Assembly (NCBI RefSeq): GCF_018350175.1
Contig: NC_058371.1
Location: forward strand, 200,012,001 to 200,076,000
Source of the DNA: Felis catus
Taxonomy: Eukaryota
Reading direction: 5' to 3'
Length of the DNA: 64,000 bases
Shown: positions 11,453 through 23,389 of the stretch, one piece after another
Numbering within the stretch: the stretch's first letter is position 1
Layout: every line of letters starts with the position of its first letter
Program-made: the position numbers and the translations under genes
The notes under the pieces: generated by a model
Seen by the model: only the letters and a program-made list of their open reading frames with translations
Database searches by the model: none
Told to the model about the DNA's origin: nothing

Positions 11453-13209
11453 GCATTTCATTATTCTGCTGAGTCCCGTAACAGGCGGTGGTTTCCTTCT
11501 TGCCGCGTTTTGAGAACCCGGTTTACATAGAAACCACTTTTGTCATGTGGGCCCTCTGCACAGAGGCATTCTGGAGTTGGGAGTGTCTGCTTTGGTAACT
11601 TGATTTTGGTAAATCCAGACCCCCCCTCCCCCAGCAGCACCGGGGTCTCTGAAAGATCGAAGGCCATCTCAGCTTCCGCAGACCTTGCGTGAAAGTTATT
11701 CTGCTTCACGAGCGTAGCCTCCTCGGCCCAAGGGACTGTGTCACATGCCAGTGCTTCTGGGCTCTTCCTCGGCCCTGCTGCCCCACTACTGTGCTTGGCG
11801 CAGTTAGGGGCCCGTGATTCCGGAAAGGCTGTGGACTCTCTGTTTTCATCCCATCGCAGACCGACTCTGCCAGCTCCAGCTCTGGGGACGCCCGGGGCCG
11901 GGCTGTGCAAACACACAGCACACGCTCCGTGCAGGGAAGACCGAGGACACACCGCGATCCCCCTCCTCCACTGGGTTCCCGTCCCCACGTGCATTATGGG
12001 CTGTGGGTTGTTACAGAGATAGGAGGTGGCGCTGGTGGGGACGATGAGGGACGATCCAATGAGAAGACCGTGGATTCCTTCTTTTGCACACACCTACCCT
12101 CTGGTCTGAGCTCAGCTGCGAGGAGAAAGGCCGTAGATGCTCCGAGCACCTCTCTGGCCAGCCTGGTGTCTGTCCTGTCCTTACCTTGGCTGCTGACCTA
12201 GACGCTGCCACAGGTGACTCCTAACTGCCCTGCCCCAGCCTCCTGGTCCACACGTTCCAAAAACGCACATCTGACTCACGAGCTTCCGCGGTGTTCTTTG
12301 CTCTAAGGAGAAAAAGGAAATCTTTAACAAGGACCACGGAACCCTGCGAGGTCCGGTCTCAGCCACGCAGCCTGTCTCCTCTCGTGGACTCATACGTGCC
12401 CGCCCCTGCCTGCCACTGGGCTTTTGCACAGGACTTTGCTGCTGCCGCCCGGAACAGTTCTACCCACCTCCCATCCACTTCACCTCCCGAGTCTGTAATC
12501 ATCATCCACGTCCCAACAGCAGGACTTATGTCTTCAAGAGCCTTCCCTGTACCCCTCTGACGAGGCTGGACGCTCCTCTGGGGCCCTTAGCACTGTGTAT
12601 TTTACTGCTGGGATGGGGAGGGTAATAAATAGCATCCCTTTCTTTCCCATCCACATTTGGAACCAGTTGAGATACAGGCAAAGCGGTCAGATGCAGATCT
12701 GCCCCTGCAAATGCGCATCATCAGGGCTCACGCTTTGTGCCACAGAGAGTCACGACCACATGCACTTTGGTCCAGAGACCAGCCCCCGGGGGGGTGCGGA
12801 GATCTGACACTCGGGCTGGAGGAGCAGCCTTCTCCGGTCCGCGCGCACTAACCAAAGCGGCCAAGCAAACTCGGGGGCCAGAACGCGTTAGGCAGTGCTG
12901 GGGATGTCGGAAAATGGCTGGGGCTTTACGGGCAGGGGGCAAATGGGTATGAGGAGACCTTCACCGTTCTGTCTCACTTTTTACAGTCCGTGTGCAGCGT
13001 GGGTGCAAAAATAGACCAGCCGAGGTAGCGGGGCTAGGCCAGCCCTTACGGGACACCAGGGCCCGCTTACATCTTAGGAGTTGCCAGCTTGCTGGCTTTA
13101 CGTTGGTACTTTGAAACTGGCTACAGTGGAAATTAGCAAGCACTGCAGACTGGGGCTCCCAGCCCAGCCCAGCCCAGCCCCTGCTCCACATTTAGCCGTG
13201 CCACCTCGG

Positions 13210-13450
13210 GACCACTGCGTCAGAAGACCCACACACTACGGTCACCTGATTCACAAGAAAGCCACCGCTGCAGCTTAATGAGAGAAGGGATAGTCTTTTC
13301 CATTAATGGTGCCGGCTCAATGGGATATCATATGGGAAAATGTGAGTCTTGAGCCCTCCTGCTCCTTAGACACAAGGATTAGCGAACGATGGACCGTATA
13401 CCTGAACGTGGCAAGATAAAACAAAATTTCTGGAAAGAGACTTAGAAGAC
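13210..13450 (+). mobile_element. Ancient L1 ORF2 fragment
   Basis: gaagggatagtcttttccattaatggtgccgg... resembles L1M consensus. Confidence 0.55.
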
Positions 13451-14504
13451 GGGACAGCAGAATAATCCCCCCTCCAAGATGTCCGCATCCTAATTCCCGG
13501 AGCCCGGGGCTAGGCGATGACGTGGCAAAGGGGAGCACGAAAGGGAAGCATGTGCCTCACAAGGAATGTTCCAGCACAGCCTCCAAGACTTAAGGCTCGT
13601 CTGTCTCGCACCGCCCGGACCCGTGACTGCCGCTCGGACGTGCTGGGGAACGTGGTGTGGGACAGTGGGTGGTGGGGAACCTCAGCCGGTTACACAGCTG
13701 GACACAGCCCCTCCAGGGTCGGCCTTAGAGAGAAGACTTCTGCTTGCGTTTCTGGGTGGGCTGGGGCGGGGGGTGATGGATGCCGGAGACGAAGTGCTCT
13801 CCGGAGAGTGGGACGAGTAGCTTTACTTATCTGGAAGTTTCTTTGCTGCCCTTTAATAGTCTGAATGAGCTGAGGCCAAACGTCAAAAGGCCTTACCCTC
13901 CATTCTTGACCTTCCGTTATGTAGCCTTGTTTCAAGAAAGTCCACGGCAGGCTGTGAGCCAACACCATGTGGGACCTTAACCAAGGTCCAACAGACCTTG
14001 GGGGCAGAGGGAGAATACACTAAAACCAGTAAGTAGATGCAGGACCATCAAAGGCATCCTGCCTTGAACGGTAGTAAGGGTTAGAGGTTAGGAGCAAGGA
14101 GCTTTGTACTTTGAGCCAAACCGCGTGGGTCCTGGATTCGAATCCTGGCTCTGCCTCTTCCTCCCCGTGTGACCTTGGACATGTCACTGAACGCTCTGGG
14201 ACTCATCTGTGAAAGGGGGATAGTAATAGAGACTACCTCACAGAGTACCCAACATGTGGCCAGTGCCACACGGAAGAGCAGACCTAGGCCGGCCGACTAG
14301 CGACCATGTCCCCGACATGGCCGCAGAAAGAGGTTCCTGCTCAAACCTCAGAACACGCCTCCTCCCCTTAAGTAACTTACCGATTGATGCGTTCTTCCGA
14401 AGTCTGAGGTGGGAGGAAGGGGAGTGTGAGAGGCGTGGAAAGCGTGAGTAGAAGAGGGAGGGCTTCTCTCAGGTAGGGGCCAGAGGCAGGAGCCCTCAAC
14501 CCTG

Positions 14505-14880
14505 TCCAGGCTTAGAATGACCTGGGAGCATTTTACCCCTCCCCAAACCAATTAATCAGAGTCTCTGGGGATGGCGTTTGATGCTAGGTATTTATATAGC
14601 ACAGCAAGGCTGACAGCCAATGGTTAATAGGTGACCAGTGAGAAATGTTCTGTATACACTGAGGCCAAACATGTTAGAGACCCTCAGACCCAGTGGTTCT
14701 TAAACTTCAGGTGCATCAGAATCTCCTGGAAGACTTGTTCAAACACAGGTTGCTGAGCCCCACCCCCAGAGTTTCTGACTCAGTGGGTCTGTGACCACCA
14801 GGCCCAACATTTGCATTTTTAACAAGTTCCAGGCGAGGCTGATAATTGCTGATGTGGGACCACACCTCGGCAGCCATTGT
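14505..14880. mobile_element. MER5B-like (about 14505-14640) and MER5A-like (14692-14879) hAT MITEs
   Basis: cagtggttcttaaactt...atcagaatctcctgg...ccccacccccagagtttctgactcagt; ends next to a TTCTAG hAT target-like site. Confidence 0.75.
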
Positions 14881-14885
14881 TCTAG

Positions 14886-15183
14886 CCTTCCCCAGCCAAT
14901 CGGCTGAGGCCACGACCTTTCCCCAGCCAATCGGCTGAGGCCACGACCCTTCTCCAGCCAATCGGCTGAGGCTACGACCCTTCTCCAGCCAATCGGCTAA
15001 GGCCATGATCCCTATAAAACCTTTGTGCTTTTGAAACTCGCTCTCTCTCCCCCCGGCATCTCACCGCTGCATCGGTGCAGGTAGGGGATTGAGCTCGAGC
15101 TAGCTCGAATAAAGGCTCTTTTGCTTTTGCATCGGACTCGGCTCCCTGGTGGTCTTTGGGGATCACGAATTCTGGGCATAGCA
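14886..15183 (+). mobile_element. 5'-truncated ERV solo LTR (felid ERV1-like)
   Basis: Four 31-bp CCAAT repeats, TATAAAA at 15013-15019, AATAAA at 15108-15113, U5 ending ...TTCTGGGCATAGCA. Confidence 0.85.
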
Positions 15184-15669
15184 CCACACAGATACTGCCT
15201 GCATCGTCACCACCACCATCACTGTCATCAGTCGTCACCACCACTGTCACTACGACTAAAGGCAAATTGGAACAAGCAATTTGCCTGAGTGTTTCCTTCT
15301 CAAGAATGTGCATCCGCTCATGGGACCCGGAGTGAAGAAACGTGATGTTTACGAGGTTGGAACTCCCAGTCTGAGGCAGACCCACAACCTACATGAAGAG
15401 AGGGCACCAAGGAGGCTTGGAGACAACGGACGTGTGCTCTCAGCCCGTGTCACAGAAGCCACCCACCACGGCCTCGGGATCTGAGCCCGACCCTCCACAC
15501 CTCGTGACTGGCTCCCTCTCTTCCCTCCTCTGCTCCCTCGGTGTCTACAGGAGCGAGTCCTGGGAAGCAACCCACACTCCAGTCATCACGAGGAGGGACC
15601 ACTGGGGCATTTGCACCCAACTGAACAGTCACCCCTCAATGAAAACACACCAGTGGGGCCAACGGGCTG

Positions 15670-15684
15670 TTTATTTTCTTTATT
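15670..15684 (-). terminator. CRMP1: CRMP1 polyadenylation signals (two AATAAA on -)
   Basis: tttatt at 15670-15675 and 15679-15684 on +, ending an AU-rich stretch about 950 nt after the CRMP1 stop. Confidence 0.75.
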
Positions 15685-16632
15685 TTTTCACAAGCTTTGA
15701 ATTCAGAAATAAGAGCCACAATAAGTCAGTTGTTAAGTAAAAATGGGGGTGATTACAAAGGAAAACTTTGTACAAAACTTTAAAAATCTGACTGCCCCGT
15801 CAACCACCTCGAAGGGACCAGGACCGGGGCAACCGGGAGCAGCCGTCGCCCCACCGTCATCAGCCCTGATGGGGGTGGGGAGACCCCTTTCTGAGTGTGA
15901 ACCTGGCTAGGCCTGAAGTCGGAGCTGGCTGGAAGGACACACACAGACCAGAAAGACGTCATGGCGAGTCACAAGCGCCACGGAGACCGGAGTTTCTGAC
16001 ACAGGACGTGGATGATGTTTCTCCGAAAGCACTGGAAGGTTCCCCTGCCCCTCTGAGAATTCACAGGAGGTCTCAATGGGGAGGGGGTGGGGGAGGGGTG
16101 GGGCAGGCTTCTTTCTAGTGCGGACTTGGGGTGGGGACGAGTAAGCATCTCCGTGTGAAGAGTTTGGAAGGGCCCCTGGGGGCCTGAGGTCTGGGCATTG
16201 TGTCTACATCGGTCCTCGGTGATGTTCCGTCAGACGCACTCACAGACTTGCATACATAATTTAGTAACATGCATCAACTATCCTAGAACAGCTACGAGGG
16301 TGCAAAGGAACCACCCAGAGAATCATGGAGCCCGTGGAGTCAGAAGCGGAAGGGACGGTACAAGACGATGCTAGAGCCTGGGTTCACTAAGGAGGGCAAT
16401 GGAGACCCATGATCTGAGGTGGAGTCAGCATGAACACACAACTGTGGGGCAAGGAGTTTCCGAGCAAACACACCACACTAATACCACTTCTTCCTAAACA
16501 AAAGAGGAAAGAACGTCATTCAATTTTCCCCCCATCAGTACCAAATAAAACCGCGGGTTTCCCAACCCCTGGCGGGGAAAGGGATTGACAGTATTCCTGG
16601 AACACTTCACTGGCTCATCCACTCGTCCGCCT

Positions 16633-16724
16633 TCAACCGAGGCTGGTGATGTTGGAGCGGCCACCAGGGGGCGCCACGATGCGGTGGCCGGTGCGCCTGG
16701 GGTTGTTGTCATCTATCTGGGCAC
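16633..16724 (-). CDS. CRMP1: CRMP1 exon 14 (terminal), (G)[29 protein letters not shown]
   Basis: ttttcag acceptor; TGA at 16635-16633; matches the CRMP1 C-terminus as recalled. Confidence 0.97.
16658..16676 (+). promoter_or_regulatory. Near-consensus CTCF core motif CGGCCACCAGGGGGCGCCA inside CRMP1 exon 14
   Basis: 17/19 identity to the consensus TGGCCACCAGGGGGCGCTA; binding not shown. Confidence 0.6.
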
Positions 16725-17304
16725 CTGAAAAAGACAGAGCCAACCGCTCCAGACCGGTTCCCAGGGCCGCTCCTGAGAGCTGGGATGCTGAGCCCTCGTC
16801 GTGACATCCCTCCATCCGCTCGACCCTCTGGGACTCAGTCCAGGCTCATCTCTGGGAAGGCTCCCAACCTCCACGGGGTTCACTGCCCTCTCCTCTGTGC
16901 CCCCTCCGGCCCTGGGGTCACCCTCTTGCACCCTCTGAGCACCTTGTGCTATTTCTTGCCTGGCTTCGTGCTCTGGAGACAGGTGGGCAAGCACTTACTG
17001 AGTGCCTACTGTGTGCAGGCACACACTTGGTGCTTTAACATATGTGCTTGCATTTAGGGTATACAACGATACTGTGAAGTGGGGGGGGGTGGCTACCCCA
17101 ACTTTCTAGATGAGGAATTTGAGGCTCAGGTCATGCATCTTGGGGGGCAAAGTTGGAGGACGGGTAGGCCGGGATTCCAGCCCCAACTGGTTGGTCCCCA
17201 AAGCTCCAGCTTCTACAGGGGTCAGAGCAGCACACAGCAGTGCCCGATATGTCAAACACATTTTATGTATGACATGCATGGGAGTGGATGCATGTGCATT
17301 TTCA

Positions 17305-17521
17305 AAAGAAATTTTTTTAACAGTTATTCATTTTTGAGAGTGAGAGAGACAGAGCATGAGTGGGGGAGGGGCAGAGAGAGAGGGAGACACAGAATCCGAA
17401 GCAGGCTCCAGGCTCCGAGCTGTCAGCACGGAGCCCGACGCGGGGCTTGAACCCACAAGCTGGGAGATCATGACCTGAGCCGGGTTCGGACGCTTAACCA
17501 ACTGAGCCACCCAGGCGCCCC
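17305..17521 (-). mobile_element. Can-SINE with TSD TGGATGCATGTGCATTT
   Basis: The same 17-mer on both flanks (about 17286 and 17522). Confidence 0.93.
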
Positions 17522-19343
17522 TGGATGCATGTGCATTTATGTGTGTGAACTACTTACAGCTGGATTTATCCACCTGATTTGCAATGGGCAGACCTCCCTG
17601 GAGAAGGGGCATCAGGTTTTGTTTTAAATCTGCAAAGCCGACCGTTCCAATTTTATGCATTCCCTTGCAGCTAAAGATTTAACGTTCCAGCACCAAGCCC
17701 AGTGCCTGATGCTCAATAAATACGTATTCAGTGAATTACTAGTGACGGACAGACAATGCTGAAAGGAGGGATGGCATGAGAGGGCCCTGGGGTCCAGTCA
17801 GGAGACAGGTTCCAGTACAAGTCATGTCTGGAACCCAGGTAATTTGGAATCAGACCCAACCTCCCTTGGCCTCACTTCCTTTTGTCCCAGATTCAGAAAT
17901 CGGATGGAGTGCTCAACACCAGTTTCCCTCATAATCATCTCCACCCTGCTGGTTACCTGTCAGCTACTTCAAAAACACCTGTTGGACAAAAGGACACTCG
18001 TGCAGGAAATCATGCCACACCTCTACAAAGTAGCATCACACAGATTATTTAAAAGGCATCTGCGAAGTCATTCCTGCTGTCCGAGAGCACCTATGGTGGT
18101 GAGAGCAAATGAAATCACACGTCGACCTGCCACGAGGCCGGCCGGGGCAGTTCTGCGGGTCTCGGAGAGGACTCTGCCGACCCGGGGCACTGGTGGCCGT
18201 GGGGCCCTTCCAGCAGACTTTTTGTTTCGTTGTTTTGCTAGTTCTGAAAGGGATTTTCCCTCTGTATTCGGCGGCAACTGCGAATTGCACCACTTTCGAA
18301 GAGAGGTCCGGTTTGCAGACTCCACGTAGCCCCACCCAGTGGCTTGTCCTGGCATTGCGTCCACTCCCTAATTCTGTTGACCGAGCATCAGAGAAGCTAT
18401 TTGAGCTGTGTCTCCGGTTCATTTGTGGAAACAATACTAGTTGTCTTGAAAGACCGGAACCGCACTCAGCGTGTGAGAAGCTCCTGCATGAAGGCTCACA
18501 GAAAGTGAGATGAGCTGGACTAGGGACCCCGCCCCACTTCTGTCCCCCATTGCGTAATCACTGAGACAGACACTCCCTGGATGGATGGCAGGTTGTCACC
18601 CCCACGGTTGAAACCGATGTTCGTCTTTCTCTCGGCCCCTTTGACTCACTTGCTGAGCATATCAGCTTTTCTGTTTAACTGTCCTTCCCTCCTGTTAGAC
18701 CGCAGTCTGCCAACTACAGACCATGGACAAACGGCCATCACCTGCTTTTGTATTGTTCAGGAGCGAAGAATAGTTTTGTACGGTTGTTTTATTTACTTAT
18801 TTTTTTTTACACTGTTCAATGGTTGCATTTGAAATGGCTGCTTAATAGAATATCCTAAACTTTGCCCCTCGGCTCACAAAACCTCGAATGTTTACTGTCT
18901 GGTCCTTTAAGAAGAAGTCTGCTGACCCCTGGACCGGACTGGGGGCTGCCCAGCTGTGCCCAACTCCTCACCATATTCCTAGGACGCAGCCCCATGTGTA
19001 ACACACGCTGATGCCTCAGATACTCTGGGGGACAAGATTCCAGTTCGATGTTCCCAGCGTGTGCGTGTCTGCCCTCACGTGGCGAGCTGATGACACGGTA
19101 GCGTCTGCTGGGTCTGAGGGACGCGTTCAGCTTCCAGGGTAAGCTTGTGCTTCAGGAGGAGCTCTGAGCTCAGGGCCAATTTGGGGGCAGACCCCCTCTG
19201 CTTTCTGACCTCCCCCAGCCTGCTCTGGCACCCCGGGAGGGAAGGGGAAGGGTTCCCTCGCCCGCTCCCTGCTTCCTCATCTAGCCCCCGACGGGGCTGT
19301 TTCAGTAGGAGTGTGGGCCCCTGGGAAGCGGGGAGCCTCTTAC

Positions 19344-19509
19344 CTGATAAACTGAAGTTGGACTGGTGGAGGTTTCTGATGGGCGGGGGCTGGTGTTTGG
19401 AGGGCGAGGACTTGGCAGACGGGGCAGGGGTTGCATATTTGGGCGTGGCTGGCACCTCATACACAGGACCGTCATACATGCCCCTGGGAACACCTTGCAA
19501 CCCAGAAAC
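19344..19509 (-). CDS. CRMP1: CRMP1 exon 13, [55 protein letters not shown]
   Basis: 166 bp, AG/GT flanks; contains the Y504/T509/T514/S518/S522 phospho-cluster typical of CRMP1. Confidence 0.96.
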
Positions 19510-19615
19510 CTAAACGGAGGGAGGCGAGGGGGGTTGGTGGGCAGGATTCACCTGCCACTTCCCATTCGGGCAGGCCGGAGCCCTGCAGCTGGACAGTGAC
19601 CGGAGGTCGCCTCGG

Positions 19616-19620
<5 letters not shown>

Positions 19621-19655
<35 letters not shown>
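19621..19655. repeat. (CA)n microsatellite
   Basis: Direct reading. Confidence 0.95.
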
Positions 19656-19657
<2 letters not shown>

Positions 19658-20734
19658 ACACGTGTGCACACACACTCCATAAGCATGCACCCACTTACTC
19701 CACATACACACGTGCACACACACAGCTTCATGCAGGACCCCAAGCCCATTTTCCAGAGGAAAACACTTTCCCTGACACACCCCACTGTCCCCCTCAAGGG
19801 CCAGTGAATCATCTGTGGTCCTGAGCCCAAGACAAGGATTGGGGGCAGCTAGTTTATCGGGGACGGGATTCCAGAAAGGAGGAGGAGGAGAGAAAGGTGG
19901 GGTGATGGGGCCACCTCTGAGGGCAGCCGGCTCAGGGAGGCTGGGAAGTGAACACATTCACTGACCCTCTGGGGGGCCAAGCATGGGCCACGGTCTCCAT
20001 CCCCGCGGGCTGAGTGCTGTCCCCAGGGGAGCCCTATGTCCCTGACTACCGGGTCTGGCCACCCTTCTATTCTACTCTTCACTGTTCCTGCTTCCTGCAC
20101 CTCGGGGACTTCTCCCAGTTCCAGCTGGCTCCAGGTCTGCCTCCCTGCCCCCCCCCAAGCCCTTCAGTGACCGCCCCCCCCAGGTCAGCTCAGCCAGAGA
20201 CATGTTCTGGGACAGGTTCTGTCCCTCACCTGCTGTCGTTCCTGTCCTCTGCCCCAGCATGTGAGGGGGCCCGGACTTCTGGCCACTGCGGATGATGGCC
20301 TGGCACCTGCTCTTACAGACGTGGCCACTAAGCACAGGCATCGGTCCAAACCAGTTTAGAGGGAATGCATCTGGCCAAGGTGGATCTGCGTCCCTCCGTG
20401 GGTGTCCAGCCGGGAGTTTACACAAGTCTCCTCATCCCTAACAGCCTGCTGTGGTCACTTGGCCACCGCAGCTTTCCACGGCCATTTCTCAGATCTGACT
20501 GGCTTCCTCCCCACGCCCATTCTTTCCCCACTGGACACGCGACGTCTGTGTCATTTGGAATCTCGGACCCGGGGTGCCACACCCTACGCGACATGGAAAG
20601 ACCTCGAGCATTGTAATGCAGGCCTGGGGGTCTGGGGGGGGTAGGAGGTTTCTGGGCTTTTCCATTAACACTGGGGGCGGTGGCGGTGCCATTTGTGAAG
20701 CACAAGAAGAGTGGGACCACCCACAGGTGGGCTC

Positions 20735-20870
20735 ACACACACACACACACACACACACGCATACACGTACATCTACGCACACACGTGCGTGCACACACAT
20801 ATACACATACACACATTCGTGCAAGTATATCTACGCACACACACGTGCACATATATACACACATACACAC
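20735..20870. repeat. Compound (CA)/(TA)/(CG) simple repeat
   Basis: Direct reading. Confidence 0.9.
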
Positions 20871-21554
20871 AAGCTGGCCTTTCCAGCAAACATCAGCCAC
20901 CAAGCAGGTGGTCACGGTGACAGGAGGGACCTGATTAGGGAAGACGATGGGCCACAGTGGCAGTTTAGCCAAAGTGTGAGCGGCTCCCTCCTCCGAGCTG
21001 GACCAGAGAAGGGATGGGGCCGCTCCACACCTCCGACAGGGCCTCCCACATCCCTGCCACGACTCTTCAAGGAGAGAGGGACAGGGGGACACAGAACGGA
21101 AGGGCGGGGAAGCAAGGAGAACAGAGGGAAGACCTGAAGAGCGTCCAGACACAGTTCTGCCGTCCCCCGAGTATGCTGGGGGCGGGGGGGGGGGTGTCGG
21201 CTTTTACCAGAAGGGCAATGCCTAAGGGTTTCGGCTTTCCCAGCTGTGTGACGCTGGTCTGTCCGATGCTCGAGCACCGGGAGGTCTCAACACCTCAAAG
21301 AGCCGGTGGCGAGGGCCCCGAGAGGACGTGGGATGCGTACCCCAAAGCGGCACGGTCCGTGTTATTCCCGCCCCCTCCTCCCCACCCCATGGGCGCACGC
21401 CCCTTCACAGTCTGCAAAACCCCGAGACCTCCCCTCCGGCCCCGAGACACAGGCGGGGGGGTGGGGGGAGAGCCCACCTGACACAAGAGGAAAGGGAGGC
21501 CCCCGCGGCCGTGACTCGTGAACGTGGCGCGCGCCGGACCCCAGACCCACTGAC

Positions 21555-21734
21555 CTTGCTCCTGATCCTGACACGCTGGTAGAGATACTCGGGGAAAGGC
21601 TTCCGCGGGATGAAGCGGCCCATGCCCTTGTTGACGTTGATGTTGCCGTCCTCGAAGACGATCTTGCCCTGGCTGATGACCACCAGCGGGGAGCCATGGC
21701 ACTCCATGCCCTCAAAGATGTTGTACTCCAAGGC
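21555..21734 (-). CDS. CRMP1: CRMP1 exon 12, ALEYNIFEGMECHGSPLVVISQGKIVFEDGNINVNKGMGRFIPRKPFPEYLYQRVRIRSK
   Basis: 180 bp, cag acceptor, aag|gtcagt donor. Confidence 0.97.
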
Positions 21735-22049
21735 CTGCACGGCAAGAGACGTGACCGGGCCCTTCCGGCTCTCCGCCCAGGCCGGGACATCCCTCACGTC
21801 CCCACAGGGGCACCTCGCAGCCCTTGCCCTCTGAAAACCTCCTCTTTGGGGCTTTGTGGCATTCCCCTCCGCAGGCTTGCGCCGGCATGACCAGCCCTCG
21901 CCATGGGCGTTTAGATCGCGGGTGGCTTTGTACAACCCAACTGAAGTCTGGGGCATCACGAATGTGAACGGGGACCCCTGATATCAGGCACTGTGGCTGC
22001 TCAGACTACAAACAAGACATTTTTGTGTCTTTTTAAAAAATGTCTCCTT

Positions 22050-22499
22050 GGGGCGCCTGGGTGGCTCAGTTGGTTAAGCGGCCGGCTTCGGCTCAGGTCA
22101 TGATTTCGCGGTCCGTGAGTTCGAGCCCCGCATCGGGCTCTGTGCTGACAGCTCAGAGCCTGGAGCCTGTTTCAGGTTCTGTGTCTCCCTCTCCCTGACC
22201 GTCCCCCGTTCACGCTCTGTCTCTCTCTGTCTCAAAAATAAATAAACGTTAAAAAAAAATTTAAAAAAAAATCTCCTTTAAAAATTTTTTTATTTTTATT
22301 TATTTTGAGAGAGAGAGAGAGAGGGAGCCCGCCCAAGTTGGGGAGGGGCAGAGAGAGAAGAAGACACAGAATCCGAAGCAGGCTCCAGGCTCCGAGCTTT
22401 CGGCACAGAGCCCGACGTGTGGCTCGAACCCACGAACTGTTGAGATCATGACCTGAGCCGAAGTCGGACGTTTATCCGACGGAGCTCCCCGGGCGCCCC
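22050..22499. mobile_element. Tail-to-tail inverted Can-SINE pair (22050-22270 +; about 22285-22499 -)
   Basis: Two SINE bodies in opposite orientation whose A/T tails nearly touch. Confidence 0.92.
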
Positions 22500-23389
22500 A
22501 CGGTCACTTTTATTTTTAATTCCTTTCTCCCTTCCTTTAATTTGAAAGACAAAACGTGTTCTCAAAAATACACACCGTTTTCATAACTCCAAAAGGGAAT
22601 GTAACCACCTCTAGCCGACTGCTTTTTATTATTTAAAAAGTAGGTCATTATATAGGGTGAGAGAAAACTCAAAAGGCGCAAACGATATTTGATTTTAAAA
22701 AGTAGGTCTCTCTTCTACCTCCGACCGAGACATCTGCCCTAAAGAGATTCTTCTGTGTCACAGATGTTTTCTGTCTCGACACGGCAAGAGCACTCTCTGT
22801 GCAGCTGGCTTTCACCTGAATTTTTCTCTGGAGCTCAGGACTGTTGCCTATCAGCAAAGGTACGTGCTTTAAAAATGTGTTCAACACTCTTTAAACTGCT
22901 GCACCGTGTCCCCTCGCAGGGGTGTATTATCGTTTATTCATCCGATTGCCAGGGATGGAACACTGGGTTGTTTCCCTGCGTTTTGCTAAAACCCCTACTG
23001 AACCACCCTTCTGTGGGGTCCACGCCGGCATGTGTGAACCTTTCCAGAGGTGGAGTGTGGGGCCAAGGAGTCAATGGATTTTCACTTTGATAGATCCGTC
23101 CTCCCAAAAGGCAGCACCAGTCTCCACTCCCAACAAAACTCTGTGAGCTCGCCTGCCTCCCGCGGTCTGACCCCACCTGCGTCCCCTCAGCCGCCAGGGT
23201 CTCTGTCACTGCACGGGTCAGAAACAGCATCTTACTCTTGAGGTTTGCATTTGGTTAACTGTGGGGCTCGGTCTGCTATTAAAGATCTAGAAGTCGTCTG
23301 GGTATTTCTTCTTGCATAATTGTGTTTTTGCACAGCGTTCTATTCATTAGGCTCTTGGTATTTTTCTTACTGGTTTCTAAGGATGCTTT

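Noticed and set aside
20574-21137. His/Thr-repeat ORF
   Set aside because: Translation of a (CA)n compound microsatellite.
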